From: Takakia lepidozioides
Lineage: Eukaryota; Plantae; Bryophyta
Assembly: GCA_030704615.1 (NCBI GenBank)
Contig: CM060734.1
Coordinates: 7,378,001-7,442,000, forward strand
Length of the DNA stretch: 64,000 nucleotides
Direction of reading: 5' to 3'
Shown: in pieces, positions 49,836-63,360 of the stretch
Layout of the letters: every line of letters starts with the position of its first letter
How positions within the stretch are numbered: position 1 is the stretch's first letter
The notes under the pieces: generated by a model
What the model was told of the DNA's origin: nothing
The model's database searches: none
The model's input: only the letters and a program-made list of their open reading frames with translations
Program-made: the position numbers and the translations under genes

Positions 49836-52800
49836 AGGAGGAAAGGAAGGTGAAGGGAGAGGTAATCCAAGAGGGAATTACCAAAGAAATTCTAGAGGTA
49901 ACTATCAGGGTAATCCAAGGGGGAATTACCAGCCAGGGAATCAGGATTACAGAAACAATCCCAGAACAGACCAAGGGCGAGGACCTAATGGGGAAGAACT
50001 GTGTTACTATTGTAATCAGGCAGGACATCGCAAGGCAGCCTGTCCATTCTGGATTTGACACCAGAATGAGATGAGAGCTCCTGTGAATGAGAGGCCAGTG
50101 GTGGCAGCTCACATGGTTAGGCCATGTGTTGTACCAGAAGTAAGTACAATGATAGTAACCAGAAGCAAAGCCAAAGTAATACCTCCAGTAGATGAGGAAG
50201 GTGATGATAATGAAGATGGCAGTGATGTGCCTGAAGATGATGAGGCTTGGAGAGATGAGAAGGAACTGCACAAGGAAGTGGCAGATACCATAAGGGAAAT
50301 GTAGAAGAGTACTGATATTCCTATGGCAGATTCCTCTGATTTTGAAAGAGAAGAGGAAGTGAGTGAGGATGAAGGGAAGAAAGAAGCTGCGGAAATGCAG
50401 AGTAATGAAGGGACTTTGGCTGAAGTAATATGTTGGACCAAAGCGGAGATTACCATTGGACAGCTATTGGCTGTGGCACCTTATTGTAGACACAGGCTAT
50501 ATCAAGCAATCAATCAAATTGCCCATGTGACAGGGAACACAGACCTGAACAGCAAGGTGACCAGTTATAATGTGAAGCCGGAAGGGCGAGAAACAGTCAT
50601 GGACTTTGATGATTCTATGCCAGTAATCCAATTGAGAATTGGAAGCACATAACTAACTGATGTACTGATAGATGGTGGCTCTGGAGTGAATATCATGACA
50701 AACCAATTAAGGCAGAAGCTTGGTCTAAGTAACATGAAACCAGCCCCATTTACAGTAACAATGGCATATCAAAGAAGTGTACAGCCATTGGGATTGATAA
50801 GAGGAGTTAAGATACAGATTCAAAAGATGATCTTTATGATCACAGTAACTGTGTTGAAAATGGATGAAGTCATGGAAGCTTACTCTTTATTGTTGGGTCG
50901 ACCGTGGCTGAAATAGGCCAGGGTATTCCATGATTGGAATTCCCAGTTACTAACTGTGCATGATGGGATGCACAAGATACAAATCACCACTAAGAAATCT
51001 AGTAGATTATCTGCTACGAGAAGACCTCGAGGGGTCAGGGAGTATGACTGGAGGGGAGGACTTGATGAGGAGTAGGAAGCTACCCTGTTCGCTGCACACC
51101 CAGAGTGGGAGCAGGTTGCAGAGATGCAGCTAGAAGGCCTAAGTTGTTTAAAAGGTATCTGCTGTGGTGTACTGACAGCAACACCAATTGAGGGTGAAAC
51201 AAGCAGTTATCCACCACATTTCTATGAAGAAAGAGAGGGAGAAATGGAAATCCTAGAGGAACCAGCCACTGTGAGTTTACAGGATGAAGTGGTGACTGGT
51301 TGGACAATCACAGCTGATGAGCAGGTGAGAGAAGTGAATGTGGGAACTGAAGAGGAACCGAGGATGGTGAAGGTAGGGGCTGATTTGGAGCCAGAATTCT
51401 TTGAGGAAGCTAAGAGTTTGTTCATCAAATACAGAGATGTATTTGCTTGGAGCTACGAGGATCTAAAAGGGATACCACCTGAGATCTATCAGCATAAGAT
51501 TGAACTGGAACCAGGGTCAGTACCAATCAAACAGGCAAGGTACAGAATGAATCCCAACTATGCACAGAAGGTTGGAGAAGAGATCAAGAAGTTGGCTGAG
51601 ACTAAGTTTATATACCCGATAGAGTATACAACTTGGTTGTCACCCATTGTGATAGTTCCCAAAAAGAATGGTAAACTGAGAGTTTGTGTGAACTATAAGA
51701 AGTTGAATGCTTGCACGAAGAAAGATCATTTCCCTTTGCCATTCACAGAAGCGGTATTGGACACTGTGGCAGGCCATGAGATGTACTCATTCATGGATGG
51801 CTTCAGTGGTTATAATCAAGTGCAAGTGGCAGAAGAAGACCAGAGAAAGACAATTTTCATCACAGACTGGGGTGCTTATGCATACAAAGTCATGCCTTTT
51901 GGACTTTGTAATGCACCAGCAACCTTTCAGAGAGTGATAAGTGAATCTTTTCATGAGTATCTGGATGATTTCATGCAAGTGTTCTCGGATGATTTCAGTG
52001 TGTACAGCTCTAAGAATGAGCACTTGCATAAATTGGAGTTATGTTTGGCCAGATGCAGGATGAGAGGTCTGGGCCTGAATCCAGAGAAGTGTACTTTCTG
52101 TGTGAACTCAGGGGTGCTTTTGGGACACATTGTGTGTAAGAGGGGACTTCTTGTGGATCCCAGAAAAACAGAGGCCATTAAAGCCTCTCCACCACTAGTA
52201 AATGTTAAGAGTCTAAGGCGATTCCTTGGACAAACCAGTTATTACAGAAAATTTGTCAGACGATATGCACAGATAGCAGCACCATTGAGCAAGCTTCTGA
52301 AGAAAGATGCAGTGTTTGCATGGACAGCTGAATGTCAACAGGCTTTTGAGGAACTTACATTGTCAGTAACAACTACACCTATGCTGATTAACCCTCACTG
52401 GCATGTAGTATTTCATGTTCACTGTGATGCCTCAGGAGAAGCGTTGGGAGCAGTGTTAGCCCAAAATGTTACAGGAAATATAGATTCACCTGTGTACTAT
52501 GCTAGCAGGTTGATGAATAGTGCTGAAAGGAACTATAGCACAACTGAAAGAGAAGCACTAGCAATGATTTATGCAGTCAAGAATTTCAGGCATTACCTAT
52601 TGGGAAGAAAGTTTATGTTTTATGTGGATCACCAGGCTCTGATATATCTGGTGAACAAACCTTTGATAAGTGGAAGGATAGCAAGGTGGTTAATAATCTT
52701 GCACGAGTTTGAGCTCGAAGTTGTTTACAAGCCTGGCCATTTGCATCTTGTGGCAGATCACTTGTCACGCCTATCAACAGGAGAGCCCGCCACAGGAGTA

Positions 52801-54100
52801 GACGACCAATTACCTGATGCGAGTTTATTTGCAATGGAGGTGCAGGGAAGTGCAGATGACTGGTTAGATTGGCAGTGGCCAATCAGATACTACCTTACTC
52901 ATGGTCAGTGCCCACCTAGTTATGGAAAGGAGCAGAGGAAGAGAATTGTTATCAAGGCTTTACCTTATACTATGGTAGGGGGCAGAATGTATAAGCTAGG
53001 ACCTGATGGAGTACTTAAACGATGCTTGTACCACCACGAAGTAAATAAAGTTTTGGAGGAAGTTCATAAAGGAGCGGCTGGAGGTCATTTTGGAGAAGAG
53101 ACTACCAGTAGAAAGATACTACTTGAAGGTTACTGGTGGCCTACTTTGTTCAAGGATGTACACAAGTATTGTCAGAGTTGTGATGAGTGTCAGAGGCTAG
53201 GACCAATGCAGAGATCTGGGAAGATGGCTTTGCATCCTACGATGCGTACTGAACCATTTCAGAAATGGGGACTAGACTTTGTTGGACCAATTGACCCACC
53301 AGCCAAGAATACACAGAACAAGTATATAATCACAGCCACTGATTATACTACGAAGTGGGTGGAAGCTAAAGCTCTGAGGGACAACACAGCTAAGTCCACA
53401 GCAAGGTTCCTATATGAGAACATACTTACACGATTTGGCTGTCCCCTGGAATTTATCAATGACCAGGGAAGTCACTTCATTAATGAGACCATTGAACTAT
53501 TGACTAAAGAGTTCATGATTGTGCATAGGAAGAATACAACATATTACCCACAGGGTAATGGGCAGGCAGAGGCTACCAACAAAATACTATGTACTATCTT
53601 GGCTAAGATAGTCAATGCAAACAGAACAAATTGGGATACGAAGCTGTTGACAGCTTTGTGGTCATACAGGACTTCATATAAAGTCACCACTAAGTATACA
53701 CCATTCTAATTAGTTTATGGTATGGAGGCTTTACTTCCAGTGGAATTCTTGTTACCTACCATGAGAACTGAATGGGGAAGGAGAATGGAGGTAAGGTCAG
53801 GAAACATGAATTATACCATGTGGAAGAAGTACGTGCTGATGCAGCTGATAACATGACCAGAATTCAGATGAAGAGGAAGGATCAGTTTGATGAAGGTAAA
53901 TTAAAGACTTTTAAGACGGGAGATTTGGTACTGTGGTTGTAGAAGAAGGGGAAGATTAAAGCTTCTAAGCTTAAATCACCATGAAAAGGACCTTATGTCA
54001 TACAGAAGATGTATGATAATAACACCGCCATGCTATAAACCATTAACAAAGAAATGCTGGGAAGAGTCAATGCCAATAAGTTGAAGGGGTACAGTGGTAT
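49836..54100 (+). pseudogene. gag C-terminus (CCHC) and pol (protease, RT, RNase H, integrase)
   Basis: CYYCNQAGHRKAAC; LIDGGSG; MPFGLCNAPATFQR, FSDD; CDAS..NYSTTEREALA; integrase HHCC, WGLDFVG, DQG, GQAE; stops and frameshifts. Confidence 0.92.
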
Positions 54101-54244
54101 CCATGACAAACCATTGCAGCATGATTTGAATGTTGAAACGCAAAAACAGTCACGGGCTACGCCAGTGATACCAACGGAGTATGGAGCACTTGTCGCTAAG
54201 CCGAGCGTGTATGACCAGGGCGGGAAGTACAGGTGTTCGCATAG

Positions 54245-54330
54245 CTATCACAGCCCAACACAGCGTGACACAGCCTATCACAGCCCACCATAGTACCACA
54301 CAGCCTGTCACAGCCCAACACAGCCCATGC
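54245..54330. repeat. CACAGC-based minisatellite (also in both LTRs, about 48645-48860 and 58785-58930)
   Basis: 10-11 bp units ending in CACAGC. Confidence 0.85.
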
Positions 54331-55096
54331 AGGTTACACAGTCCATAGGGTCAGTGACAGGTGGACGCAAATTAACGTCAGAAAAGTGGCCATCAAGTGA
54401 AGAAGAAGTTTGGAAGTCAAACTTGGAGAATATGCCACGCAGAGAGGGAAGTCGGGGGCATGTCTAGAAATGGACACGTGGCCACTAAGGCAAAGCACAC
54501 CGCACTGCATCGATTGCAAGAGTGGGTCTCATCATGCAAGAGGACAAATCGGGCCGTCAAAGTACCTACCCAGTACAGCCGCTAAGACTATTTGTGGGCC
54601 CATTAATGCATTCAGAGTAAGGGTAATGGAACCCTTTCCGAGTACAGAAAAAAAAAAAAAACCTATGCCACATGTGCTGTCCTACTGGACATTCCAGGTG
54701 GGAATGTCCACGGAGGGGGGTGGAATTAAGAAGTTACCTAAGCAGGCAACAGCCAATCAGGAGTGCGAATTATATGCAGGTGGTTCCCTCCAAGAAACAA
54801 GAACAAGAAATAGGAAGTGTTATGAGTGGAAGAGTCGGGGTGGCTCCGAATAGCCAGTGTCTCGACAAGAGGGGCAATCAAAGCACTAGCTTTGTAGCTA
54901 TGGCGGATGTAACAGATTACACACTCGCTTTACTTCTCACGCAGTGGCGCAAGGACGGACTAATTGAGAGTACATTTTCTATCACTCGATACTTGCAAGC
55001 CCCACAGGCTTACACGCACTTACCTGTTCCATTCTGTGCCAACCATACCTTCATGCTCTGTGCCCTGCAAGCTTTCCTTTAGCTGTTTCAAACAAG

Positions 55097-58000
55097 GCCC
55101 TTTTGTTTGTCTAGAATGAAGAGAGTGAGGGGAATGGAGGATATCAAGGTGAAGAGCACCACGATTCTGCAGAAGCAAACAATTGCAGCACCGCAGGCAG
55201 TGCAGCTGTTAAGGGAGTTGCGATTGGAGGGGCTGCTACGCAAGGACTGGTCCTTGCATCATCGGCAGTAAATGATTCAATTCCTTTAGAACTTTGAGCC
55301 TCGAACATGAGTTACCCAGGTGAGGGGAGTAGATATAGAAATTACTCCCCAGTACCTGCAGCAATTGTTTGATTTGCCATCAGGTCATGTGGATGTGGAT
55401 GAGCACAGGGCAAGATTGCAGATAGGGAATTTGTTCCAAGAAGGGAGTTTCTTTAAGACTCAAGATTACGCTTGTACCAAAGCCGAGTACCCAGGGCTCA
55501 GAGAAGTTGGCCAAATATTGAACGTTCTGTTTGCCATGAAACAGAACCAACAGTATTTGAGCAGGTCATTCACAGAGGAGATCCTGAAAGCTTTGAGGGG
55601 AGAGGATGTAGCTTGGGCGGAGTTAATGTACAATGGTCTGGTGGACAAGATGAAGAGGTTATAGGGCACTGCTGCTGAGTCTCCGATCATTGTGTCTGGT
55701 CCAGTCATTGCCCAAATCATTCTTGATACTCGGGAACGTAAGGAGATGGGAGTGTTTGAGGCAGAAACCACTGCAATTGAAGAGCAGGGGTCTTCACATA
55801 GTGAGGGTGGACTGGCAGGGCAACACCAGTCTAAAAGACAGAAGCGGGGTATGACTGTAGTGGCGGATCCACTGGCTTCACAGAAACCGCAAGATGATGT
55901 TTCCCAAGCTCTTGTGCAGGATGGGGCACAGTAGCACAGAAGGCTGTTATTATTGGAAAAACGGCCTTCGGAGAGGGAAGATGAAGTCAATTTGATACCA
56001 CAGCCACCACAGGCAGTTGACTCAATTGTCTTAGAAGTTCCACAGTTAGAGTATGCTGTGACACAACCCCCAATTGCTCTAGACGGAGAAAGGTTGGACA
56101 TTCCCACTACACAGCAGGTCGTGGCCAAAATTGAGAAGGGTGACCTTCTCTATGAAAACTTTGGCTTGGTAAGGGAATCAATGGTTCCAGAGGTGCAGCG
56201 GTTGTCCAAGGAAAACCCTGCTGTGCCTGTAATACCCACACCTGTGACGGAGGTACCAGGGGTAGAATATCAGGACACTGCAGCACCTGTGGAGGATGAG
56301 GTGGTTCAGGAAGAGAATCTGGTGGGGCAATGGCCTAAATGATTGGTGAGGCATCACACTGTGGAGGATCAGGGAGAACAGCAGCAAGTTCACCATGATG
56401 ACCCTCAGCAGGCCATGCTTATGAGTTCCATAAGCATGACACTTAATTTGTTGGGCACTTATGTGAAATCCCATGTTCCATCTACCCAATTGGCAGCTTT
56501 GAGGGAGGAACTCAGGAAGGAGTTTGAGGCTCGAGTAGATGAGGAGTGTCAATCTCAAGTTACATCAAGAGTTGGAGGACACAAATGTTGCTTTGCAGTT
56601 GGCCAAGGGACATTTGATTGAAGCAGGCCTCGAGCAAGACCAGTTGCATGAAGCACATAAACAACAGTTATACCAATTGCAGGTGAAGCATGAGGGCAAG
56701 TTGCAAGAAGTGAATGTACTACATACAGAGTTGGAGGCAGTACATGAGAAGATGACCATACAATGTGCTACACTCACAACTACTCTTGAGCAAACTGCAT
56801 TAGAAGTTAACAGACAATGGGAGAGATGTATGAGGGCAGAAGCTAAGATAATAGAGCAAGCAAAACTCATTGTTGATATGAAAAATACAATCTGTCGTAA
56901 TGAGAATACTTTCAAACAATACTGACAGGTTGAGGCTGACCATGAGAGGTACATCCTGGAGTTGCAACAAATAGTCATGGTCAATAGAAATGAACTCTCT
57001 GTGGCTAACAAGGCTTGGAAAGAAGCCAATAATCTGGCTGCTGCCTATGTGGGTCTGGTTGAACCTCATGCAAAGCGCATGGAGGCTTTATAGCAGCAGT
57101 TAGATGTGTACAGACTCACGGAGGAGCAGACTCTCAAGGGTGCCACATACGACTTGGTGGATAACCACCTTATGCAGGTCTGGTTAGCACAAGGGTCGGT
57201 AGAAGGCAAAGCACCATGGAAACTCACCCAGGGCGAGATGAATGAGCTCAGATTGCAGGTGCAGAACATTGCCACAACTACTATAGACAATGTCTATAGT
57301 AGAATAGCGGAGCTACAGGAGGACGTGGAAGGCCTGCAGACTCAAGTGGATGACCTGAGTTCAAATATTGACAAGAGAGTCTTTGTTCCCGAGGAGCAGC
57401 TGATGGCTACTTATTTACATGCCAGGACTCTAATTTTTCAATCTTCTTTGTAGGGGGTGCATGAGATGCCAGTGGTAGAAGGGCCAGTGATACCAATACC
57501 ACAGCAGGCGGCTGTGAAGGTAGCTGAACTTGTTGTTACTACAGCCACACCACAACCTGAGGTATGGGGGGATACTGCTTTTAACCCACCTAAGACTCCT
57601 ACTGCACGAGAGTACAGTCGGGCTATGATTATGCCCTTCAACCAAATTCCCATTGTGTTGGATTTGGCTTGGAAGGAATTTAGTCCTCCGCAGTCGTTGG
57701 CACATTACTACCAGATCATGCGCATTTGGTTGCCGGTGGCAACTCGGACTAAGGTTCTTCCGAACAATCGACCCATTGAGGATCATCACTTTGCCAGGTA
57801 CTGGTCTGAGGTAGGTACCATGCTGAAGGAATTAATTGCCTTCCAGGTTGTACATGGGTACATCTATACCAAGACCAAGGAGGTATCTAGTATTGTCATG
57901 GGCTGTGGATTATACTATGCTGCTTGTTTTCTGGCACGCTATCACATTGAGCAGCAGAAGATGCAATCACAATTTCTGAGTTATTCCAGTGGGGATCATT

Positions 58001-58626
58001 GGGTTTTACCTTCAGTGCCACCTCATATGTACCTATATGATGCAAAAATCATGATGCAAAAAGATTCACAACTTCGTTCATGGTTTAATTCGGCTTGGAA
58101 CAATTTGACAACACAGAAATTCGGCCCTGAGGATATTTTCTTTAAGGTGCATGAAGCCTGGACATACTTACACTGTTCCAAAGTCATTGGCACACCTCTC
58201 ACTTATACAGATAAGGAGTTCAGGGTGTTCATTAATTTTGCTTGCAAGTGCATACAACAAGTTGTACAGTTTAAACTTCCAGACATGGTGGGATCACATT
58301 GTATGCCACACAGGATTCCACTTAAAGTTCGGCCGTTAAAACACCTAAGGGGGGACGAGGATTCTGATACTACTGTTTCTTCCGATGACTCTTTTGACAT
58401 GGCAGAGGACTATGCACTTCAGATGGCAGAGAAGAAACGACGGGGATCTCCTATGCCTGAGAGCTTACCTTGTTATCAGCCAAAGGAGGGTCAGACATTT
58501 CCAGGTAGTGCTCAATCATCTCCATCAGCCAGTGACAGGACTCAGGCTCGCACACGGAATCCTTCACGAGACTTTCACCGTCAGAAGGGTGCTAGCTCAC
58601 AAAGGTTTGCTAATCCCAAACAGTAA
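55097..58626 (+). pseudogene. Large additional ORF between pol and the 3' LTR (coiled-coil centre)
   Basis: Consecutive ORF pieces 55320, 55692, 55953, 56343, 56539, 57106, 57457, mostly separated by single stop codons. Confidence 0.7.
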
Positions 58627-59599
58627 ACCGTGAGGACACGGCTTTTTGAGAAGGGGAGGGGTAATGTTAGAGGGCTACTTGGGACTTAGACGCTTTTACG
58701 GGTTCTGTGGGGTACCCTTAATTTTTGCGCAGACTGAGACCAACAGGAGCCTTAGGGGTGGCAGCAGTAGGCTTTAGGGGGGTTACACAACCTGCCACAG
58801 CTTCACACAGCCCGACACAGCTTCGCACAGCTTTACACAGCCAGTCACACCTTCGCACAGCCCGCCACAGTTTCGCACAGCCTCGCACAGCCAGTCACAG
58901 CCCGACACAGCTTTACACAGCCTATCACAGTACATGGGGAACAGTTATCATTGACAGGGAATGACTGTGAAGGAACGACATCTGCAGAGGGAACGTGTTA
59001 CTTCAGGGGTGACGGTTAGTTAGTTAGGTGGTTAAAACAACTTGCGGGTAGATTAGGAGAGCGGCAACGGGAAGGGGAGCACTTCACGGGGAGCGCTTCT
59101 TGGTCATGCATGAGAGGAGATCAGGTGGAGAGCAAGAACGAGAGCACGGAGAAGGAGAGAAGATGAATAGTAGATGCTTGTTACATGCAAAACTGTAGTG
59201 ATACTGTAGGGCAGATTAGAGTCACCATGGCATTGGCCTGATACCTGATAAATCATAATCTGATACTTATTCGATACAATCACACTGTGTAGAGAGACAT
59301 GAGTGAAGCTGTGGAATGAATGCATGATTAACTAGAACTTAGTAGATATTGAAGCAATCTGATGCTTCAGTATACACGGTAAGGTAAATTGATAACATGA
59401 AGGCAAGAAGGAATACAAATAGGAAGCACAACCATGATTCACTAGCTGCAGGTCATGACTGATTGTTCTGAGCGGGCTGAGTGCTTAGAGATATCCAACT
59501 CTTCTATCTTGGAGTTTCCACCTCGGATAGCGAAGGGATGGGTGAGTAAAAGCCGCTCGACAGAGAGCCGCGTTTCAAGAAAGATATAGATCGAACAAA

Positions 59600-60200
59600 T
59601 CCACGTCTGAAATCTTCTCAGGATTACAGAACCTAAGACAGAAAAAGAAAGAACTGGAGGTCGACTACCTGGAGAGAATGAAAACTCTGATCAGGAAGCT
59701 ATCTCAAGCACCAAGGGATGATTTGCAGAAATCATGGTTCATCAACGGACTTCGTCCTGAATATGTAACCATGGTTACAGTCATGCCTAACAACACTTTG
59801 GCTGAAGCAGTAGGAACTGCAAAGAAATTGGAATTGGGATTTCATCAGAGCAGAAGTAAAGATTCCAAGGATGCCTTGGAAGAAGAAGACTCTGATGATG
59901 AAGAACAGCCCAAGCAAAAGAAGAAAGAAGTGATTGATAAAACCACTTTGGATCAGAAGATAGCAGAGGCTATCAAGAATTTTAAAAGATGAGGGGCCAC
60001 GAAAGGCAACATGGTGTCACAAATGCGGGACTGCAGGACACTTGGCAACGGAATGCCACATTAAAGACAAATACTGTGATATTTGTCATATGAACAATCA
60101 TAATACCAGCCATTGTATTTACAACCAACGGGCCAAGAAGAGTGGGTACACACGAGAGGTGGGGGTACACCAAGTCCAAATCCGACGGGGAGGATCGGGT
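59600..60200 (+). pseudogene. gag fragment of another LTR element with two zinc knuckles
   Basis: SWFINGLRPEY; CHKCGTAGHLATEC, CDICHMNNHNTSHC. Confidence 0.75.
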
Positions 60201-61194
60201 CCAGGAAGACATTATGGTGGAGTTGGACTTCAGTGAAGGTACACGCAGGGTGACAACTTTTCGAGCACTTCTGTGGGATTCTGTTTGGGTGAGGTCTGCC
60301 AGTGGACAACAGTTGATACTTGTTGTGCGAGATAGACCTGGAAGACGGAATGTTCGTCTCTTTATCATGAGATGTTGCTGCGGCGAGTTCTGGAGGTCTT
60401 ACTACCATAACTATACTACACCTCCACAATATTTGCTCCCGGATAGGGCTCTTGAGTTGCTCAGTCACTCTTCTGGGCTAGGGAATATATTGTGACACTA
60501 AGGGAGAATCGGAACAGGTTTGTCCTGGATGTTTGCGCATTTCACGACGTTGTGGAGGAGGTCCCACCTGGCCTCCAATATCTGCATGTTTTCACGAACG
60601 TGACCTCTATAGATATCTTGTATCCTTATGTGCGCCATCTTAATCCAGAAAACGGCAATGCGTAGTGGACGACTACTGCGCCACTCCTAATTCTGGACCT
60701 ATGGTTCGACGACTCGGTGGTTCGAGTTGTGGATATCAACCCAACAACATAGAGCGGTAAGGATTATTGTGGAGGATGATTGGAGGGCACATGCTCCGGG
60801 TTATGGTAGTTCCACAGGTTTCTTATGCCGAAGTGGTCCATTTCTGATGATGGAAGGTCGGAGATGTCGCTGTACAAAATAATCACTTCTAGTTTCCTGA
60901 TGTTTGTATTTTGATCGTGTATGGCAATTTTCTATCTTGTCAATGTGGGGTTGATGTTGTGTTGATGGGGTCTGTAAGTTCAACTGTCGTCTGACCCTAA
61001 ATATGTTACCCTGTCAGTACAATGGCTTGTTCGGGCTACAAGTTTGTGTCTCTTTCCTGTCCTGCAAAATGTTTTTCAGTCGTGACGTGGAATAATGGCG
61101 CCGAAATACCTCATTCAGCATCCTGGACCAGGAGAAACAGACCCTATTATCGAGGTATGAGGACATAATACCGTCAATAAAGGCACAAAAAATC

Positions 61195-61275
61195 CAATTC
61201 CGCGGATGCCCGCTCATGAGCTCATAGGCTCATGGGCTCATGGGCTCATGGGCTCATGAAATAGTAAACCTCTCC
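61195..61275. mobile_element. Probable third element end with GCTCATG repeats
   Basis: GCTCATR x6 then AAATAGTAAACC, matching 42851-42890. Confidence 0.5.
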
Positions 61276-61769
61276 TTGAAGGTAACCGCTACATACGGTC
61301 GTTACTACGAGTCCAGTACTCCGAGACGTAGTTCACAACTTCGCAGTCTGACCGTGCAGTCGTTGAAACGACTTGCTAGTTATTTCTGAACTAGTGGTTA
61401 GTGCTCGTGTAGTACGAGATCGTAACTATTCAGCAGCGTGAAGCAACACGGCTACGGCACGTGTCCTTCCTCCAAGAGAACACGTGGAGTTTTCACACCA
61501 AGCCACGCGGCTGTATTCCCGGCGTGCACACGGTGGGGAAGTCGGAAACCCCGGTCAAAGTCCACTGTGGTCAAGGTCCAAGATTCAGTCAACGCCGCGC
61601 GTGGCGACACCTTAAAAATTATCTTGCAGTCAGCGTCACGACTGACTGGAATGACTCCGACCACGTAATGACCGGCACGACAGGGCTATCCGATAGTTCT
61701 TTTCGGACTCGTAGTCGCCTAGTCGTTTTTTGACTAAAACGACTGGGTTTCCAGTCGTTTTTTGAGTCG

Positions 61770-63360
61770 TTATTTCGGCGATTCCTTGTAGCGGGGGATT
61801 TTAAAAATTTTGTGGAGTGCAGAGATATTGGCATTGTGGATGCCACCTCTCGTTCCCGCAGTGATGACGGTTGAATGGCCGGTGGTCCAGACTCTTTGGC
61901 GGATAGTTAGGATGAGTGGAGCATATTTTTGTCGTTTGTCTAAAGTGGAGGAGCTGGGGTAATGATCATGGCAGTATGTAAATTTGATAAAGTGTATGGT
62001 GAGGTTTGGGGATGGGGCATTTGGATGTGTGGCGTTTATGGGCAGACCCTGCACAAGCAAGATATCGGGGCATAGTATTGCAGAGATATTGGCATTGTGG
62101 ATGCCACCTCTCGTTCCCGCAGTGATGACGGTTGAATGGCCGGTGGTCCAGACTCTTTGGCGGCAGCTAGGATGAGTGGAGCATATTTTTGTCGTTTGTC
62201 TAAAGTGGAGGAGCTGGGGTAATGATCATGGCAGTATGTAAATTTGATAAAGTGTATGGTGAGGTTTGGGGATGGGGCATTTGGATGTGTGGCGTTTATG
62301 GGCAGACCCTGCACAAGCAAGATATCGGGGCATAGTATTGCAGGTATTTGCAAGGTGAGTGGGGCCGGCAAGTACATGAGAGTAGCCAAGGTGCTACAGT
62401 GTGGTCAGGAGGTCTACCTTGGTAGGTACCGGCGTTGATGAGTGAGAACCATCTAGTTTCAATGCGGCGTAGGAGAAGTTTATGAATGTGCCAGACTGCA
62501 TGGTTATGTCTGAATATACAAAAACCATGAATGACGGGGTGAGTATATTGGCTGAGGTGGTGGGGCCAGGTATCACGGATCATGTGGGTGCACGCGAGCA
62601 AAGTGGACAGTTCGGGGATGGGTATAGGCGTGGCTAGAAGATGTGTTTGCGTTGGTGGCCCATGTACTGAGCAAATCTAAATTTGAGAGTTTGTCGTATT
62701 TGTGCATCAGTTGCGACTTTGGTGTGCCAGAAGTGGTTTGACAATTTATGATGTAGTACTGTGGATTGCGTCCATTTTTGGATGTGTATTTTGGTGTGAC
62801 TAATAGAAGCCAAGGCTTGTTTGTTAGCCTCCCGAATAAGTACGGTTAGGAGGTTGCAGATTGGTCGAGGCTCAGGGGGGTCTGCTATGGGGTATATCAG
62901 CCAGAATGTGTGGGTGTGTGCAATGTGAATGGGATCCAACGTGGGATCTACTGGGGGCCGGGCGGCCCCTTGCTGGGCTAGGAGGTCGGCTGCTTTGTTG
63001 CCAGTAATACCAGTATGTGAACGAATTTTGATAAGGTGGATTGGTTGGTTCAAGGAAATAGCAAGATTGACGATGGCTGTACAATGAGGTTCCGGTCAGG
63101 GTGGTAGTGGTGGGAAGAGGGTCAAGACAAGTGATTTCGAATGAGACAGAGTGAGGTTAGACTATCAGTAAAAATGTAGTTTGGGGGGGGGGGGGGGATG
63201 AGGCCAACTAGGAGAGTGCTTCATAGATGGCCATAAGCTCTGCGCGTAGAATGGTGGCAGGGCCGGGGACTCTAAGGGCAACACCTTGGTTAGTGGCGGC
63301 ATGATATATGCCATAACCAGCTTGGGAGCCAGTTAAGGAGCCGTCGATATAATGAGAGTT
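61770..63360 (-). mobile_element. Degenerate non-LTR element 3' part: RNase H + restriction-like endonuclease (Dualen/RandI-like)
   Basis: YIDGS...TILRAELMAI, KIRSHTGITGNKAADLLA; RHNHAV, PDILLVQG, FTYCHD..K.QKYAPL..W...ITAGTRG. Confidence 0.75.
61818..62344. repeat. Tandem duplication of about 261 bp covering the RLE region
   Basis: GCAGAGATATTGGC at 61819 and 62080; TGCAG microhomology at the junctions. Confidence 0.9.

Larger units (their letters stand above)
48637..59562 (+). mobile_element. Ty3/gypsy LTR retrotransposon (non-chromovirus-like) with an extra 3' ORF
   Basis: LTRs 48637-49491 (5'-truncated) and 58665-59562 (TG...CA); PBS TGGCGACCATACTGGGGA 49494-49511; PPT 58648-58661; PR-RT-RH-IN order. 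Confidence 0.93.
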
